A stretch of 64,000 nt of DNA from a bacterium. Lineage in GTDB: Bacteria; RBG-13-61-14; DATKZS01. This document shows, one piece after another, positions 38,029 to 47,933 of this stretch. A program made the translations under genes and the position numbers. The notes beneath the pieces were generated by a model, which did no database searches, was not told where the DNA came from, and worked only from the letters and a program-made list of their open reading frames with translations. The DNA lies in contig CAXXFL010000005.1 of the NCBI GenBank assembly GCA_963674965.2, forward strand, positions 416,001 through 480,000. The letters are read 5' to 3'. How positions within the stretch are numbered: the stretch's first letter is position 1; each line of letters starts with the position of its first letter.

Positions 38029-38186
38029 TGCAAAGAATTCCCCCGAGGCGTTAATTACAAACGACGATCATGAACGCCGCCTTGACAAACCGGCGGGCCG
38101 GCATAAACAAATGGATTGGCCGGCGCCGACATATTAGGTACGCTCGCGACGAGAAGTCGAACGTGATTATTCGCCGACCGTCTCGC

Positions 38187-39650
38187 TCATCCTATCTCGA
38201 ATTCGTCCACAAGCTTCATTTCCTTTTCCATCAGGCGCTCGTGCATCTCCTTCCTCCTCGACTTATAGCCCTGGTCCAAAGCCAGGTTGTCCATCTCGAG
38301 GGGGTCGTCGGAAAGGTTGTAAAGCTCGAAGTCCTCCTCGCCGCTATCGGTCTTGAAATAATGCGAGTACTTCCACCGGCCGTCCCGGATACAGCGGACG
38401 TGGGAGGGGTTGTCGTATAGCTGGGTGTCGGTGGTCTCCTTGCCCACGGTGAAAACGGACTCCCAGTCGTTATAGCACATGACCTCCTCCCGGCCCGAGT
38501 CCAGGGTCGGGTCCTCGAGCACGGCCGAAAGGTCCACGCCCGGCATATAAGGGGCGCCCTCCACCCCGGCCAGGCCGGCCAGCGTGGGCATGACGTCCAC
38601 GTTGCTGGCCAGGGCGCCCGCCACCATGCCTCGGGGGATACGGCCGGGCCAGGAGAAGATGAGGGGCACGTTCATCACCTCCTCGTACATGAAGTTGCCC
38701 TTGGTCCGCAGGCGGTGAGAGCCGGCCATCTCCCCGTGGTCCGAGGTGAAGACCACGATGGTGTTGTCCGCCTGCCCGCTCGCCTCGAGGGCGTCCAGTA
38801 TCCGACCCACGTTGGCGTCCACGTCCTCGATGCAATGGACGTAGTAGTCCAGGTAGCGCCGCCACATGTCGGCGTCGGCGAGGTCCATGGGACCGCCCAC
38901 GCTCTTGTATTTCTCCTGGTATTCCCGCTGCACGCCCGGCTTTCCCTCGAGGTTGTCCGTCCAGTTGGGCGGCGGCTCGTCGGTCTTGATCTCCCTGAAC
39001 ATGCGCTGGGGATAATACCTGGGAAAGGCGCAGATATCGTGGGGGTTCACCAGGGAGGCCACCATGAACCAGGGCCGCTTGTGGTTCTCCTCGTTCCGGA
39101 GCCACCTGCAGGCCCGCCTGGTATAGACGGGATCGAAGGCGGCCCCGCAATAGGGAGGGCCACCGAAGTAAGCCTCGGGAGGCCCCCATCCCTCGAAGCC
39201 GTACTCGATGAGGTCGTCTTTTTTATTCCGGTCCGACCTTCTCGTCAGGTGCCATTTCCCCCGATAGGGCGTGCTATAGCCGGCGTTCCCGAAAACGTGG
39301 CCCAGGGTGGGTATCCGGGGATCGAGGCTCGGCTGGAGGTTTCCTTCCACGAAGTCGCAGTTGGTCAGCATCCCGTTTTGCTTGGTATAGGTACCCGTCA
39401 TCAGGCAGGCCCGCGAGGGCGAGCAGGGGGAGGCCGCCACGAAATGGTTCGAGAAAGAAACCCCGTTGGTCGATATACGGTCGATGTTCGGCGTAAACAG
39501 GGTGGGCGTCCATTTCGGCTGCCGGAGCTGGTCGACAAGAATCAATAATACGTTGGGCCTGTCCCGATCGGCCAGGGCCAGGCCCGGGCCGGCAAGCGCC
39601 GCGCCCGCTCCCGCGGCGGCGGTCCCCTTCATGAAGTCTCGTCTTTTCAT
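38187..39650 (-). CDS. Tat-exported sulfatase
   Basis: MKRRDFMK twin-arginine signal; PNVLLILVDQ, CSPSRA, GKWH, FTSDHG. Confidence 0.92.
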   Translation of the reverse strand: MKRRDFMKGTAAAGAGAALAGPGLALADRDRPNVLLILVDQLRQPKWTPTLFTPNIDRISTNGVSFSNHFVAASPCSPSRACLMTGTYTKQNGMLTNCDFVEGNLQPSLDPRIPTLGHVFGNAGYSTPYRGKWHLTRRSDRNKKDDLIEYGFEGWGPPEAYFGGPPYCGAAFDPVYTRRACRWLRNEENHKRPWFMVASLVNPHDICAFPRYYPQRMFREIKTDEPPPNWTDNLEGKPGVQREYQEKYKSVGGPMDLADADMWRRYLDYYVHCIEDVDANVGRILDALEASGQADNTIVVFTSDHGEMAGSHRLRTKGNFMYEEVMNVPLIFSWPGRIPRGMVAGALASNVDVMPTLAGLAGVEGAPYMPGVDLSAVLEDPTLDSGREEVMCYNDWESVFTVGKETTDTQLYDNPSHVRCIRDGRWKYSHYFKTDSGEEDFELYNLSDDPLEMDNLALDQGYKSRRKEMHERLMEKEMKLVDEFEIG

Positions 39651-39778
39651 TTCGGCCTCCCTTGTCTCGGTATTGGGCGTATTCTAGCAAGGGCCGGGGC
39701 GAACTGTCCAGCCTCGGGCGCCGGGGAACTTCCAATGTTCACGTTCCCCGGCCCCTGACAAAGTCGTTTCCATCTCGG

Positions 39779-41134
39779 CTAAATTTCGATTTCCTTCCAT
39801 CTTCCGCTTCGAAAGCGTCCCACGTAGAGGGCGGAAAGCCCGATGAAGTACATGGCGCAGCCCAGCCAGGCGCCCATGACTCCCCACCCGAGGACCCCGC
39901 CCAGGAAATAGGAGAGGGGAAGAAAAACCCCCCAGGCCCCCACCAGGGACACGACCATGGGGAACCTGGTGTCTCCCGCTCCCCTCAGGGCCCCGACGGC
40001 GATCATGGACATGCAGTCGAAAACCAGAAGGAACACGGCCATGTACAAAAGGGACGATCCCATTGCGATTACCTCCCCGTCGTCGGTGAAAATGCCGGTA
40101 ACCGCCTCGGGAAAAAGGGCCAGGACCATCACGAAGAGGAACTGGAAACCGAGGACCATTCTCACGGCGCTGAGGGCGCTTTTTTCCGCGCTCTTCTTTC
40201 TTCCCGCTCCGATGTACTGTCCCACCAGGGTGGAGGTGGCCACTGACACGCCCCAGACCGAGTTGAAGGAAACCGCCATCACGTGGAAGGCGATCTCGCT
40301 CGCGGCCAGGGCCGAGTCGCCCATCCGCCCGATGAAGGCGGTAAAGGCCGTCACTGCCGTCATGTCGATGAACCACTGGGTCCCGGCCGGCAGTCCTACC
40401 TTTACCATGCGGCCCATCAGCTCGAAGTCGGGCCGGCGCGTGCTCCGGGTCGCGAACCTCTCGTCGATGGTGGAGGACAGGTAAACCGCGAAAATGAGGG
40501 CCACCCCCGCCAGGAGGGAGACGTTCGAGGCCCAGGCCGCTCCGGCCACGCCCATGGCCGGGCAGCCGAGCTTGCCGTAGATCATGACCCAGTCGAGAAA
40601 CACGTTCAGCCCGTTAATGAACAGCGACGTGACCATGGGGGTCTTGACCATTCCCACTCCCCGGAAGAAGTTGGAGACCGCGATGTAGACAAGAAGCAGC
40701 CCCGAGCCCCAGAGACGGACGCTCCCGTACTCGAAGGCCAGGGCCTGGACGTTCTGGCTCGGACCCAGAAGGGCGAGCAGATCGTCCAGGAAAAAGGAAT
40801 AGCCGGCCACGATGGGCCCGGCGAAAAGGCCCAGGTATACCCCCTGCCAGGCCCGGCGGGCGCACTCCCTGCGCCGTCCTCCCCCGAAGGCCTGGGAAAC
40901 GTAGGTGTTGACTATGGCCACCGTGTCGATATAAAGCGACATGAGCGTGAAGTAAACCGTGCCCATCAACCCCACCGCCGCCAGCTCGGACACGCCCACC
41001 CGCCCAACCATCATGGCGTCGGCCGCCCCTAACAAGCCGTGGGAAAGCATGGTCACCACCGTCGGATAGGAGATTAAAAAAACCTCGCCCACCCCGCCGG
41101 GACGCTTGTTCGTGGATATGGAAAGCTCGCTCAT
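39779..41134 (-). CDS. MATE family efflux transporter
   Basis: About 12 TM; DAMMVGRVG..ELAAVG, IYGKLGCPAMGVAGAAWAS, LRGAGDTRFPM. Confidence 0.92.
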   Translation of the reverse strand: MSELSISTNKRPGGVGEVFLISYPTVVTMLSHGLLGAADAMMVGRVGVSELAAVGLMGTVYFTLMSLYIDTVAIVNTYVSQAFGGGRRRECARRAWQGVYLGLFAGPIVAGYSFFLDDLLALLGPSQNVQALAFEYGSVRLWGSGLLLVYIAVSNFFRGVGMVKTPMVTSLFINGLNVFLDWVMIYGKLGCPAMGVAGAAWASNVSLLAGVALIFAVYLSSTIDERFATRSTRRPDFELMGRMVKVGLPAGTQWFIDMTAVTAFTAFIGRMGDSALAASEIAFHVMAVSFNSVWGVSVATSTLVGQYIGAGRKKSAEKSALSAVRMVLGFQFLFVMVLALFPEAVTGIFTDDGEVIAMGSSLLYMAVFLLVFDCMSMIAVGALRGAGDTRFPMVVSLVGAWGVFLPLSYFLGGVLGWGVMGAWLGCAMYFIGLSALYVGRFRSGRWKEIEI

Positions 41135-41145
41135 TTATCGGCCCC

Positions 41146-41181
41146 AAAAAGAAAAAAGGCCGGCCCGAACGCGGACCGACC
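41146..41181 (-). terminator. Intrinsic terminator directly upstream of the MATE start (putative attenuator)
   Basis: GGUCGGUCCG-CGUU-CGGGCCGGCC-UUUUUUCUUUUU, ending 12 nt before the ATG. Confidence 0.7.
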
Positions 41182-41204
41182 CGTCGATCGTAAGGCAAAA
41201 AATA

Positions 41205-41270
41205 CTACGAGGAGTTACCCCTCCTGATAAAGGTAATCGGCCTCATCGGTATGTTCTCCATTCGTTCCAT
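41205..41270 (-). CDS. Putative 21-aa leader peptide MERMENIPMRPITFIRRGNSS
   Basis: AAGGA SD 5 nt before ATG; lies between a TTGACT-N16-TATCAT promoter (41305-41332) and the terminator. Confidence 0.45.
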   Translation of the reverse strand: MERMENIPMRPITFIRRGNSS

Positions 41271-41354
41271 AAAAATCCTTGAAGTTTTCTTATCTTGAAG
41301 AAATATGATACATCCAATTACCGCGGAGTCAAGAAAAGAAAAAGGACGGGCCGC

Positions 41355-43421
41355 TTATTTCGAGAGCCTTTCATGGACCGCCTTGATCCTGGGGTCGTCC
41401 GGTGAGACGGCGCGGGCGCGGGCGGCCATGTCCCTGGCTTTGGCCGTTTCTCCGGCCCCGAGATATAAGAGGGCCAATTGCAAAAGGGTCTCCGGATCGT
41501 CCCGGTCGAACTGGAGGGATTTTTCCAGATGCTTCACGGCAAGGTCGTCTTGGCCTTCCATCAACTCGAAAAAGGCCAGGTCCCTCCACGGCTCGGGACG
41601 CCGGGGATACTGGTCGGCCAGCCGGGTCAGGTTCTCCCTGGCCCCGGTCTTGTCGCCCAATACCGCCAGGATTTTTGCCAGGCCGCGCCTGGCCCCGAAC
41701 TGATACTCGTTACATGCCAGGGACGCCTCGTATTGGCGCCGTGCTTCCTGGAAATCCTTGGATTCCAACATAAGGTCGCCCAGGAACTCGTGGGCCCAGG
41801 CGTTGGCCATGGTTCGCCGGCCCTTGCCCTTGCCGATGGCTTGTCTGAAATAATAGGCGGCCTTCCTCTTTTGTCCCTTTTCTCGGTAGGCCGCGCCCAG
41901 GTGAATATATTTCTCCGGAGAGTCCGGGTCCAGGGAAAGGGCTTTTTCGTATTCCCGAATGGCGTCGTCCCACCTCTCCATATCGTAGTAGGCGTGGCCC
42001 AGGAAAAGAGGCGCCTCGGACTGGGGCGGCCGGGCCGCCCGACCCAGCCCGTAATTGCACGCGGCGACAAGAACAATAGTAACGGCCGCCGCCGCTGCCA
42101 GACGCTTCAGTTTCCTTTCTCTGGCCTTGTCAGCCATCCACGTGATGGAGGCGGCCGCGAAGATGAACATGACGGGCAGGACGGGCGCCCGGTACCTGGC
42201 GGTGACGAAGAACAGGATCACCGCGGCCGCGTAGGTCGCCGAGTAAAGAAGCAGGAGCGTCCTTTCCCGGGATCGGTTTCGGATCGACAGGCCGGCGCCC
42301 AGCAGGGCGAGGGGGGCGATAATGCCGTAGGGAAAGGCTATGCCTTTCTCCCATAACAGGGCGCTTATGATTTTCGAGTCGCTCCGCCTCGAGTAAAGGT
42401 CGAGGTTCCTGGCGTACTCGTGTCCATGGAAGAACTGACCCGTCCGTACCGCCAGAGAGCATATCCATTTAAAAGGATGGCTCATGACGTACTCGCTCGA
42501 CTTCCTGAAAAACCAGGCCGACCGCTCCGACGGCCTGGCCGCTCCCTCCTTAAGGGGAAGAGCGCGCAGGTCGGCCCATTCAAGCCCCGGCCGGAGGGCC
42601 GAGGTCTCGCGCCAGTTTTCGTTATTGCCCAGGTAGAAATTGATCCCGCCGTTATAGGATATGAGCACGAAGTCGTCCGACGCGATTTTGTTGTGCGCGG
42701 TCACCGGGATGATGGGAATGAGCGCGGCGATTGCCATGATGGCCATCCTTCTTATAATTCCACCAAGGGAAAAGCGAGAGCGCATTGCGTATGCCGGCCA
42801 GATAGCGGCCACCGGCGCGAAGGCCAGCGCGTTGGGCCGGGCAATGGCGGACAGCCCCAGGAGAAGTCCGGCCGCCGCGATCCACACGCGCTTTCCCGCC
42901 TTGCCCGCCTCGATTATAGACAGGAGCAACAGAAGATTGAGCGAGACCAGGAGCGTGGGAATAAGGTATTCCCCGTCGAAAAAAATCAACGGCCCATAAA
43001 CGGCCGCGATAAGGCCCGCGATGATCCCCTCCCGTCGTCCAATGGTCCTGGCCCCGAGCAGGGCGACGAGGGAACAGTTGGCCGCCCCGGCGAGACTTTG
43101 GATAAGGTGAAGCAAAAAATGCCTCTCGCCCAGGATGGCTATTCCAGCGGCGAGAAGATAAGGATATAGCGGCGCCTGCCAGAAGGCCTCGGACCCGGCC
43201 GGATAGCCGTGAGCTATGGCCCGGGCCTGTCCCAGGTAGACCTTGGCGTCCACCACCGGGAAAGAGAAAAAGGGGATATGTCTTATCTCGAGAAGATACA
43301 AGGACCTGATGGCCGCCGCCGCCGCGAAGATCAAGGCCGCGGCTTTCGGGCCAAGGACCTTCCCGCTCGCTTCTGGAGCGGCGTCTTCCCGGGAAGGGTT
43401 ATTTTTTCTTTTGCCTGGCAA
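41355..43421 (-). CDS. GT-C (GT39/PMT-ArnT-like) glycosyltransferase with C-terminal TPRs
   Basis: PVVDAKVY...FWQAPLYPYLLA, ARPN, NGGINFYLGN, RYRAP; TPR helices in the last ~220 aa. Confidence 0.82.
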   Translation of the reverse strand: MPGKRKNNPSREDAAPEASGKVLGPKAAALIFAAAAAIRSLYLLEIRHIPFFSFPVVDAKVYLGQARAIAHGYPAGSEAFWQAPLYPYLLAAGIAILGERHFLLHLIQSLAGAANCSLVALLGARTIGRREGIIAGLIAAVYGPLIFFDGEYLIPTLLVSLNLLLLLSIIEAGKAGKRVWIAAAGLLLGLSAIARPNALAFAPVAAIWPAYAMRSRFSLGGIIRRMAIMAIAALIPIIPVTAHNKIASDDFVLISYNGGINFYLGNNENWRETSALRPGLEWADLRALPLKEGAARPSERSAWFFRKSSEYVMSHPFKWICSLAVRTGQFFHGHEYARNLDLYSRRSDSKIISALLWEKGIAFPYGIIAPLALLGAGLSIRNRSRERTLLLLYSATYAAAVILFFVTARYRAPVLPVMFIFAAASITWMADKARERKLKRLAAAAAVTIVLVAACNYGLGRAARPPQSEAPLFLGHAYYDMERWDDAIREYEKALSLDPDSPEKYIHLGAAYREKGQKRKAAYYFRQAIGKGKGRRTMANAWAHEFLGDLMLESKDFQEARRQYEASLACNEYQFGARRGLAKILAVLGDKTGARENLTRLADQYPRRPEPWRDLAFFELMEGQDDLAVKHLEKSLQFDRDDPETLLQLALLYLGAGETAKARDMAARARAVSPDDPRIKAVHERLSK

Positions 43422-44853
43422 TCTCGATCCAGTCGGTATGGAACGGACCGGCCTCGGGGTCGTCGATCCTCTCGTAGGCGTGGGACCCGAAAGCGTCCCG
43501 CTGGGCCTGGGTCAGGTTTTGGGGAAGACTCTCGGCGCGGTAGCTGTCAAAGTAGGCCAGGCTGGCGCTCATGGCCGGGGTGGGTATGCCCGCCATTTGC
43601 GCGGCCGCCAGGATTTGCCTGTACGGTCCCTGCCGGGCGACGGTCTCGCGGCTGAACTCCTCGGCCACCAGCAGGTTCCTGAGGGTGGGGTCCTTCTCGT
43701 AGGCCTTCATGATCGAGTCCAGCAGGGCGGCCCTGATAATGCATCCGCCCTTCCATATCCTGGCTATCTCCTTTAAGTCCACCGCCCATCCGTACTCGAT
43801 CGAGCCGGCCGATATGAGGCTCATGCCCTGGGCGTAGGAGCAAACCTTGGACATGTAAAGGGCGGCCTCCAAGGCCTTGACGTGGGTCTCGAGGTCGCCG
43901 CCTATTACGGGAGAGGGCCCGGTGAGAATTCTCGAGGCCTCCCGCCTCTCGCTCTTCATGCTCGAGACCATCCTCCCGAACATGGCCGCGTTGATGGTGG
44001 GAACGGGAACTCCCAGATCGAGCGCCACCTGGGCCGTCCATTTGCCCGTGCCCTTTTGCCCCGCCCGGTCCAGGACGAGATCGACCAGGGGCTTGCCCGT
44101 GGCCTCGTCCTCCACCTTGAGCACCGCCGCGGTGATCTCGATGAGAAAGGACTCGAGTTCTCCCCGGTTCCATTCCTCGAAGACCCGCGAGACCTCGTGG
44201 GCCGACATGCCAAGGCCGCGTCTCATCACGTCGTAAGCCTCGGCGATAAGCTGCATGTCCCCGTACTCGATGCCGTTATGGACCATCTTCACGAAGTGGC
44301 CGGCCCCGTCGTTTCCCACCCTTGTGACGCACGGTCCCGAGTCGGTCTTGGCGGCCACGGCCTCGAGGATGGGCCTTAGCCTTTCATAGGCCTCGGCCGA
44401 GGACCCGGGCATAAGGGACGGCCCAAAACGGGCGCCCTCCTCGCCGCCCGAGACGCCGAGCCCCATGAAATGCAGCCCGAACTGGTCGAGCTCGGCCTGG
44501 CGTCTTCTCGTGTCCATGAACCAGGAGTTGCCGCCGTCGATGACTATGTCTCCCTTTTCCAAAAAGGGCCGAAGCTGGCGGATGACGGCGTCCACCGCCG
44601 AGCCCGCTTTAATCATGAGCAGAATGGGGCGGGGCCGCTTGATCGACTTGACGAAACCCTCGAGGGTCTTGGCGCCCACGAACTTCTTGCCCCGGTTCTG
44701 GGACATAAACTCCGAAACCAAAGAGGAGGTCCGGTTATATACGGCGACCTCGAAACCTTTTTCCTCGACGTTCAGCGCCAGGTTCCGGCCCATCACCGCG
44801 AGCCCGATCAGGCCGACGTCGGCCCGGGCCGATAAAGAGGTTGAAGCGCTCAT
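43399..44853 (-). CDS. gnd: 6-phosphogluconate dehydrogenase (decarboxylating, NADP)
   Basis: GLIGLAVMGRNLALN, IDGGNS, VSGGEEGA, KMVHNGIEY, QKGTGKW, QAQRDAFGSH. Confidence 0.97.
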   Translation of the reverse strand: MSASTSLSARADVGLIGLAVMGRNLALNVEEKGFEVAVYNRTSSLVSEFMSQNRGKKFVGAKTLEGFVKSIKRPRPILLMIKAGSAVDAVIRQLRPFLEKGDIVIDGGNSWFMDTRRRQAELDQFGLHFMGLGVSGGEEGARFGPSLMPGSSAEAYERLRPILEAVAAKTDSGPCVTRVGNDGAGHFVKMVHNGIEYGDMQLIAEAYDVMRRGLGMSAHEVSRVFEEWNRGELESFLIEITAAVLKVEDEATGKPLVDLVLDRAGQKGTGKWTAQVALDLGVPVPTINAAMFGRMVSSMKSERREASRILTGPSPVIGGDLETHVKALEAALYMSKVCSYAQGMSLISAGSIEYGWAVDLKEIARIWKGGCIIRAALLDSIMKAYEKDPTLRNLLVAEEFSRETVARQGPYRQILAAAQMAGIPTPAMSASLAYFDSYRAESLPQNLTQAQRDAFGSHAYERIDDPEAGPFHTDWIEIARQKKK

Positions 44854-44978
44854 CTCGATTTTCCCCCCACGCCAAAACGCCCCGCAAAGGCGGCTCGATT
44901 CCCTCAAGATATCCCGCTATTAAGATAGCCCATCCAGTTGTTTATACAACCTATCGGGCCGAAAACTCAAGCAAAAAC

Positions 44979-45000
44979 AAAAAAGGACCCAATGGGTCCT
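44979..45000 (-). terminator. Terminator of the tRNA operon
   Basis: AGGACCC-AUU-GGGUCCU followed by a U-run. Confidence 0.75.
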
Positions 45001-45012
45001 CTAATTATTAAA

Positions 45013-45085
45013 TGCTCCCAAGGGGACTCGAACCCCTGTTTCCGGATTGAGAGCCCGGCGTCCTAGACCTCTAGACGATGGGAGC
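45013..45085 (-). tRNA. tRNA-Glu (anticodon CUC), CCA not encoded
   Basis: GCUCCCA acceptor stem, anticodon arm CCGGG-CUCUCAA-UCCGG, T-arm GGUUCGAGUCC. Confidence 0.95.
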
Positions 45086-45124
45086 ACAATTTAAAAAACG
45101 GGCAAACTTCGCCCGAAAATCTCA

Positions 45125-45198
45125 TGGCTGAGGGACCAGGATTCGAACCTGAACTGCCGGGGCCAGAACCCGGTGTCCTGCCATTAGACGATCCCTCA
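45125..45198 (-). tRNA. tRNA-Gln (anticodon CUG)
   Basis: UGAGGGA acceptor with U1-A72, anticodon arm CCGGG-UUCUGGC-CCCGG, GGUUCGAAUCC, encoded CCA. Confidence 0.95.
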
Positions 45199-45210
45199 CC
45201 AGCTATTTCA

Positions 45211-45238
45211 ATTATACAACCGATTTCCCGATTGTCAA
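45211..45238 (-). promoter_or_regulatory. Sigma-70 promoter of tRNA-Gln/tRNA-Glu
   Basis: TTGACA-N16-TATAAT just upstream of tRNA-Gln. Confidence 0.85.
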
Positions 45239-45494
45239 CAGCCGCCGAGGCCATGGCCCGAGCGTACTTTGCCGCCAAATACCGGGAAAAGACGGCGTAA
45301 GAGCGGATTATGGGCCGAACGTAGCGGCGAATATTCACGGGCCGGGCCCGATCGTTGTAAAAAGGCCACAGATATTTATTGTACTTTGCCCGTGAAAAAT
45401 CTTGGGTTAAAAAACTAGCCCCTTCAATTAATCGCCAATTTATAAGACTTTTCTAGTTTTGACCTTTTGTTCAAGGCCCATGGGACTAAGGCTT

Positions 45495-45510
45495 TGGCGC
45501 CGGGCTTGCT
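45495..45510 (+). promoter_or_regulatory. Sigma-54 (-24/-12) promoter
   Basis: TGGCGC-N5-TTGCT with correct GG-N10-GC spacing, preceded by an AT-rich tract. Confidence 0.55.
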
Positions 45511-45596
45511 CTTATCCAGGTCAAGAGCAAAAAAACAAACTACCGGCGCCGGGTGGATTAGGGAACGTAATAAGCGCCGGGCGGGAGGGCAAAAAA

Positions 45597-46169
45597 ATGA
45601 AGAAAGTAAAAACGGGAATCTTGTTATTTTCGGTAATATCCTCGCTTTTTCTGGCGCTTGGATGCTCGGTCCACGGCGAGGCGGATTTCGACGACGACGA
45701 CTGCTGCCCCAAGCCTCGTCCCGTCACCGAAAACTGGAGGACCATCGGGGAGTCCCTCGACGACCTGGAGGTGGGACTTGAATGCCCGGGCGGCGACGAT
45801 TATAGCGACGTGGATTATAACTGGGAGACGATCGAGCTCGATTACCGGGACAACGATCTGGTGGACGCCCGCCTGGCCGTCGCCCTGACCAACTCCGGCG
45901 ATGAAGACACTCGAGCGTGGGTGTCCCTTTGCGACAACCACGGGTGCTCGGACGCGGTGGACCTCCTCCTTCATTCCGGCGAGGTCTTCTCCCTCAAGGT
46001 CGATAACCCGGTGCTGGACGAGATGCTCAGCCAGTTCGACTCCTGCCTGGACAGGTACGGAACGCGCTGCGACTTTGAATATGACCTTCAGGTGAACCTG
46101 GGGCAGGAGAATACCTGCTCCCCCGTGACCCTCGAGTACCACTTCGAGGGCAAGAGCATAATTAACTGA
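45597..46169 (+). CDS. Acidic Cys-rich hypothetical lipoprotein
   Basis: GGGAGG RBS; MKKVK...LALGC lipobox; 8 further Cys. Confidence 0.75.
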   Translation: MKKVKTGILLFSVISSLFLALGCSVHGEADFDDDDCCPKPRPVTENWRTIGESLDDLEVGLECPGGDDYSDVDYNWETIELDYRDNDLVDARLAVALTNSGDEDTRAWVSLCDNHGCSDAVDLLLHSGEVFSLKVDNPVLDEMLSQFDSCLDRYGTRCDFEYDLQVNLGQENTCSPVTLEYHFEGKSIIN

Positions 46170-46263
46170 TACGACCTAACCCACCCCTTGCCGGCGCCTC
46201 GGGCTCCTGCCCAGCTCGAGGCGCCTCCTCCTTTCCGGCCGGAACGCGCGCGTGGATTCAGCC

Positions 46264-47931
46264 TCAGTCGTCGCGGGACAAATCGGGCCGGGCGGCGCCT
46301 CCGGATAAAGCCCGCATGGTTTGCAGGATGGCCTTGATATTCTCGCGGGCGTCTTCGTTACCGGGGTCCGCCGCGAGCGTCATCTGGAACCAGCGAAGGC
46401 TCTCGTCAAGGTCGCCGCTCCACTTGAGGGCGTTGGCGTAATTGTAGATGGCCCGGGGTTTGCCGGGAGATTTGGAAAGGCCGTCGCGGTAAAGGGACAA
46501 CTCGCCGGACCAGTCGCGGTTCCGTTCCTGGGTCAGCAAGGTCAGGCAAATAACGGCCAGGGCCGCGGCGATAGGGGCCACTTTTTTTATCGCGCCTGAC
46601 CCTCGCCCGATCCATTTATAAAGAAAAAGAACCAAGGCGGGAAAGATCATGGCCAACGCCGCGTAGGCCCGGTCCTCTTTAACCGCGTCCCCCAGTGGAA
46701 TGACGGAGGTGGGCAAAAGAGATATCCAGGTAAGGAGGAAAAGCGCCAAGGCCCAGGGCAAAGGCCCGGCTTGGCGAGGAGTGAATAGAAATTCCTTCCA
46801 ATTGACTGGGGCCTTTTTTTCCCGTTTGTCGGTGGGCCCGTCGGGGCTTTTGAGCGTGGTCCTGATAATTTTGATAATCGCGTAAAGCGCCGCGGCGATG
46901 ACGGCGGCGTTCAGCGCGGCAAAGGCAAAGTCGGCGGGGGGCGAGGGAAGAAAGTGGTAGTCGAAGTTGAGGTTGACGGGGAAAAAGATTTTAACCACGT
47001 AAAGCCAAAGCGCCCTTTGCTCGAGGCTGAAATATATGGGCAAGGGCAACAGTTCATCGGGCCGGGCGGTCAGGATGACCGTCCAGGCGGACCGGAGGGC
47101 CGCGTAGGCCGCGGCCGGCAAAAGTCCCAAAAGAGATGAAAAATCCAGCCGGCCCCTCGCGAGGTCAAGTATGAATAATATTACGGGCAAGACCGCGGCC
47201 GTCTCCTTGCAGAACAGGGCGAGTACGTAAAAAAGAAGGGCGAGAAAAAGCCTCTTTTTCGATCGGCCCTCGCCAAGCCAGAAGTAGGTCGCCACGAGAC
47301 AAAAAAGAAGGGCCATGAGCGAGAAGCGGGCGGTGACGTAATTGACCGTCTCCGTGGCCAAAGGATGGACCATGAAGGCGGCGGCGGCCAAGGCGGCGGC
47401 CTCGGCCGGGGAGCCAAGCCGCTTGAGGACCAGGAAGAGCGCTATTCCGTTCGCGGCGTGTAGGATCAGGTTGAAAAGCCTGAAGGGCAGGGCCGGCGGC
47501 CTGGGGAAGGCCAGTCCTCTTTCCCGGTCAAGAGACAAGGGCGTGGTTTTTCCAGTCAGCGGGTCTTTATAAACGGGGACCAGACGGGGCGTCTCGATAT
47601 TGCCGATGGAAGTCATTTTGGCGTCGACGAAGGGAAGGACCTCTGCGGCCCTTTTCGGCGAGCCGGGCCATTCGGGCGCGTGCAGTGCGTGCTGGAGGGC
47701 GAAGGTCAAGTTGACCATGGCCCGGAAGGGGTTTTCCATGATGACCGTCGCGATCGAGGGGTCCTGAATTTTTTCGTTGTTCAGGATGGTTACCCGGTCG
47801 TCGAACAGGAAGGTCATGGAGCGGGCGGGGTAATAAAGAGGCGCCAGCAGCGCCGCGGCCAGACAAAGGATAAGGACCGGGGCCCGGGCGCGGGCGTTCC
47901 GGTCCCGAGAAGCTTTGGGTTTTTTCCCCAT
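46264..47931 (-). CDS. TMTC-like GT-C protein O-glycosyltransferase with C-terminal TPR
   Basis: FLFDD..ILNN, FRLFNLILH, HPLATETVNYVTAR, ALFCKETA, EDRAY, RNRDW motifs. Confidence 0.8.
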   Translation of the reverse strand: MGKKPKASRDRNARARAPVLILCLAAALLAPLYYPARSMTFLFDDRVTILNNEKIQDPSIATVIMENPFRAMVNLTFALQHALHAPEWPGSPKRAAEVLPFVDAKMTSIGNIETPRLVPVYKDPLTGKTTPLSLDRERGLAFPRPPALPFRLFNLILHAANGIALFLVLKRLGSPAEAAALAAAAFMVHPLATETVNYVTARFSLMALLFCLVATYFWLGEGRSKKRLFLALLFYVLALFCKETAAVLPVILFILDLARGRLDFSSLLGLLPAAAYAALRSAWTVILTARPDELLPLPIYFSLEQRALWLYVVKIFFPVNLNFDYHFLPSPPADFAFAALNAAVIAAALYAIIKIIRTTLKSPDGPTDKREKKAPVNWKEFLFTPRQAGPLPWALALFLLTWISLLPTSVIPLGDAVKEDRAYAALAMIFPALVLFLYKWIGRGSGAIKKVAPIAAALAVICLTLLTQERNRDWSGELSLYRDGLSKSPGKPRAIYNYANALKWSGDLDESLRWFQMTLAADPGNEDARENIKAILQTMRALSGGAARPDLSRDD

Positions 47932-47933
47932 CC

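Noticed and set aside
45013-45198. tRNA genes as prophage/ICE attachment site
   Set aside because: No integrase and no duplicated tRNA 3' end seen in the window; flanked by gnd and a terminator.
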